From contig CAWGJT010000015.1 in the NCBI GenBank assembly GCA_963822965.1, positions 194,219 to 258,218 on the forward strand: 64,000 nucleotides of DNA, read 5' to 3'. The stretch's first letter is position 1, and each line of letters opens with the position of its first letter. Of this stretch, positions 61,486 through 64,000 are shown piece after piece. Source of the stretch: an uncultured delta proteobacterium. GTDB lineage: Bacteria > Myxococcota_A > UBA9160 > UBA4427. Made by a program: the position numbers and the translations under genes. Below the pieces are notes generated by a model. That model was not told the origin of the DNA. It worked only from the letters and a program-made list of their open reading frames with translations, and did no database searches.

Positions 61486-61887
61486 TCACGCGGTCGACGT
61501 GCCGGCAGGCGACGAGAGCGCCCGCGCCGAATGCAGCGCCTCTGCGAGCTGCTCGCTCCCGAAGGGCTTCAACAGCAGGACCGCGCCCGCGCCGCGAATC
61601 GCCCCTTCGTCCTCGAGCTCCACGTAGCCGGTGATCACGATCAGCGCGGTTCCGGGGTGGCGCTCCCGCGCGACGCGGACGACGTCCAGACCGCTCACGA
61701 CCGGCATCTTCAGGTCGGTGACGACGACGTCGTAGCGGGTCTGCTCGAGCAGGCCCAGCGCTGCGCGACCGTCCTCTGCAGACTCGACCGCGGCCCCGAT
61801 CTCGCGGGCCGCCCGCACGACGACCCGGCGCACCATCGGATCGTCCTCGACGACCAGCATCCGGAGCCCGTCGAGGCGCTCCGTCAT
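61486..61887 (-). CDS. Single-domain response regulator
   Basis: LVVEDD, TDLKMP, ITG, KPF. Confidence 0.88.
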   Translation of the reverse strand: MTERLDGLRMLVVEDDPMVRRVVVRAAREIGAAVESAEDGRAALGLLEQTRYDVVVTDLKMPVVSGLDVVRVARERHPGTALIVITGYVELEDEGAIRGAGAVLLLKPFGSEQLAEALHSARALSSPAGTSTA

Positions 61888-62843
61888 CCGGTCTCCTCTT
61901 CCACTCCGCGCGATGCGCACGCGCGGAGCTCGACGACGAAGCACGCGCCGCCACCCGGCGCGGGCTCGTATCGCAGCACTCCGCCGTGCTCGGCGACGAT
62001 GCCGTGCGAGAGCGAGAGCCCGAGCCCCGTCCCTCGCCCCACCGGCTTGGTGGTGAAGAACGGATCGAAGATGCGCTGCGCCGTGGCTTCGGGAATACCG
62101 GGGCCGTTGTCCTCGATGCGGTACACGACCCGATCCCCGACGGCCTCGACACCGATCACCAGGCGTGCCCCCGACTGCCCTTCTCCGAACGCGTCCCGGG
62201 CGTTGGTGAGCAGGTTGACGAAGACCTGGTAGAGCCGGTCCGCATCGGCCTCCACCGGGGGAAGCCGCTCGGGGAAGCGTCTCTCCACCCCCAGACCGTG
62301 GCGCTCCAGCGTCTCCTGGAGGAAGTCGAGGGCACTCTCGATGGGTGCCAGCGCCCGGGTCGGTCGAATCCGGAGCGGAGCGGCCCGACCGAACATCCGC
62401 ACGCCGTCGACGATGCGGCCCATGCGCCTCACCGCCTCCGCGAGACTCTCGAAGTCGGGGAGGCACTCGGCGACGGTGGCCTCGGGTCGCGACGCGAGCA
62501 GGTCGACGAGCATGCTGATCGCGGTCAGCGGCTGATTCAGCTCGTGGGCCACGCCGGCCGCCAGCTCTCCGAGCGAGGCGAGCTTGGCGGCGAGCAGAAG
62601 CTGGTCCTGGGTCCTCTTCAGCTCCCTGCGCTCCTCCTGCAGCTGTCGCACCAGGTCGTCTACTTCCTCGGCCGTCGAGTTGACGAGGAACGCCAACACG
62701 TCGATGGGGTCGCCCCGGTAGGAGCGATGCGCGCGAACGCTGAAGTCGCCGCGCGCCACGCCGAGCAGCACCTCGGTGAGCGACTGGAGCGCGCCTTCGA
62801 AGTCCGCCTCGTTCAGGGATTCGGGGTCAGAGCCGGCCGCCAT
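61884..62843 (-). CDS. Cytoplasmic sensor histidine kinase with HAMP-like N-terminus
   Basis: VARGDFSVR; GVAHELNQP; NLLTNA; DNGPG; DPFFTTK; GTGLGL. Confidence 0.9.
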   Translation of the reverse strand: MAAGSDPESLNEADFEGALQSLTEVLLGVARGDFSVRAHRSYRGDPIDVLAFLVNSTAEEVDDLVRQLQEERRELKRTQDQLLLAAKLASLGELAAGVAHELNQPLTAISMLVDLLASRPEATVAECLPDFESLAEAVRRMGRIVDGVRMFGRAAPLRIRPTRALAPIESALDFLQETLERHGLGVERRFPERLPPVEADADRLYQVFVNLLTNARDAFGEGQSGARLVIGVEAVGDRVVYRIEDNGPGIPEATAQRIFDPFFTTKPVGRGTGLGLSLSHGIVAEHGGVLRYEPAPGGGACFVVELRACASRGVEEETG

Positions 62844-63225
62844 GATCCTTTACCGTCTGGAACGCCCACGCGCATGCGGAATCGAGGTCGGAGAACATGC
62901 GAGTGGGGATTGCGCTCTTGCTGAGCCCGAGGAAGAAGGAGCCGATGGCCCGCGCGAGCAGGGTGTCGCACACGAGCGCCTGCCCGCAGCGGGTTTCTTC
63001 GGTCCGCGGCGCGGACCATACCCTTCGGGACGCAGCGTCCTGGGAGGCGACCCGATCGATCAGGACGACCATGCACTGCTTTCGGCCGGCTTCACGGGCG
63101 ATCCGGTCCAGCGCCGCCAGGGATCTCTGCGCGGCGGCTTCGCTCTGCTTGAATCCAGGCTTCGGAACGGCGAGGACCACGTCGGGACCGACCCGGTAGT
63201 ATGCCCCCGCTTCCGTCCCGGGACA
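62827..63225 (-). CDS. Small STAS/SEC14-like alpha/beta protein, N-terminus cut at the GC/AT junction
   Basis: VVLIDRV...ASRR...ALV...LARAIGSFFL...PTRMFSDLDSACAW pattern; overlaps the kinase start. Confidence 0.6.
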   Translation of the reverse strand, partial: CPGTEAGAYYRVGPDVVLAVPKPGFKQSEAAAQRSLAALDRIAREAGRKQCMVVLIDRVASQDAASRRVWSAPRTEETRCGQALVCDTLLARAIGSFFLGLSKSAIPTRMFSDLDSACAWAFQTVKDHGGRL

Positions 63226-63607
63226 TGCTTGAAATGCAAAGAGCAATTCATTTAGAAGATGTAATAATCAGATCATCCAGATTATTAGGTGAATTAAAAA
63301 CATTTGTAACTGTTCCCGGTAATCGTGTTGCTGACCATAAACGTAGTTTTCATGATGATAGTATTATGGGATTAGCAATTGGATTATATGTATCTGAATT
63401 TTGATATGGCGAGATTTAAACAAAATAAGGGCATTACGGAAAAAATGTTAAATGCTATTCTCACAAATAATGATATTAGTGAAATCGGAAGAAAAAAAGA
63501 TGTGAAGAATAAACCAATGATTTCACCAAATAGCGTATCACCCCTTAAATCCATATCAAGCAAATGCTTGGTTATTTAATGGAATTAAGGATAAAAACAA
63601 AAGATAG
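63226..63607 (+). CDS. Phage terminase large subunit, C-terminal fragment (frameshifted, AT-rich)
   Basis: IIRSSRLLGELKTF...ADH...HDDSIMGLAIGLY nuclease motif; ends AWLFNGIKDKNKR-stop across indels. Confidence 0.7.
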
Positions 63608-63677
63608 AATGTATTTATAATTAACTGACTTTTATAAAATTTTAAAGTATTTATAAAAAAATATAAAAAATTATAAA

Positions 63678-64000
63678 ATGGCTGGCGAAAAATAATAAAG
63701 AGAACAATATATCAACAATTAAATAAGATGCTTAAATCTTGATGGTTTTGGTTCTCAAGATTCATACCGATTGCACCTGTAAACCACCAAAAAAATCTAA
63801 AATTATTATTAAAGGTAATACTCCTGAAGAAATACATAGAAAAGGTTTAGAATTAGAACAGAAACGTGAACTTCAAAGTAAATTCTTTAGTACTACTGAT
63901 AGGGGATTTCAAAAAGCACTTCAATATGAAGCAGCTAGATTGCCAGCATATATTGATTATGAGGAGACACGAATCTTAACGAGTAAATGTTACACATAAC
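63678..64000 (+). CDS. Probable phage portal protein N-terminus (frameshifted, runs off the window)
   Basis: Directly follows the terminase; RTIYQQL...QYEAARLPAYIDYE recalls large-phage portal starts. Confidence 0.45.

Noticed and set aside
63226..64000. Integrated prophage
   Set aside because: The junction falls mid-gene on both sides, no integrase or att site is visible, and the composition mismatch is extreme.

Overview
Very GC-rich bacterial DNA from 1 to about 63225. The gene repertoire (PEP-CTERM proteins, an ftp-type type III PKS cluster, many PilZ and NarL regulators, an ECF42 sigma factor) suggests Myxococcota/Deltaproteobacteria; this is inference. At about 63225 it switches abruptly to AT-rich DNA resembling a large-phage terminase C-terminus and portal N-terminus. 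About 58 protein genes can be read. I found no rRNA, tRNA, CRISPR array or transposase. Between about 28100 and 39600 almost every gene carries several single-base indels, probably consensus errors, so those genes were reconstructed by hand across frames. The most interesting locus lies in that zone: a sigma70-type operon encoding (i) a PilZ + LuxD-like acyl-thioesterase + SAM-methyltransferase fusion, (ii) an MMPL/RND lipid exporter and (iii) a membrane HK-REC-HK kinase, with a divergent CFA-synthase-like gene. It looks like a c-di-GMP-gated system that makes, exports and senses a fatty-acid (methyl ester) signal, analogous to but distinct from Ralstonia PhcBSR. Other items: a TetR operator with its promoter, three sigma54 promoters (one with a perfect 30-bp palindrome upstream), several probable leaderless genes, a 24-bp VNTR inside ybaK, a probable CTG start, two alkyl-DHAP-synthase-family genes, and a PEP-CTERM protein with a triple repeat. 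All family assignments come from motif recognition by eye; no searches were run.
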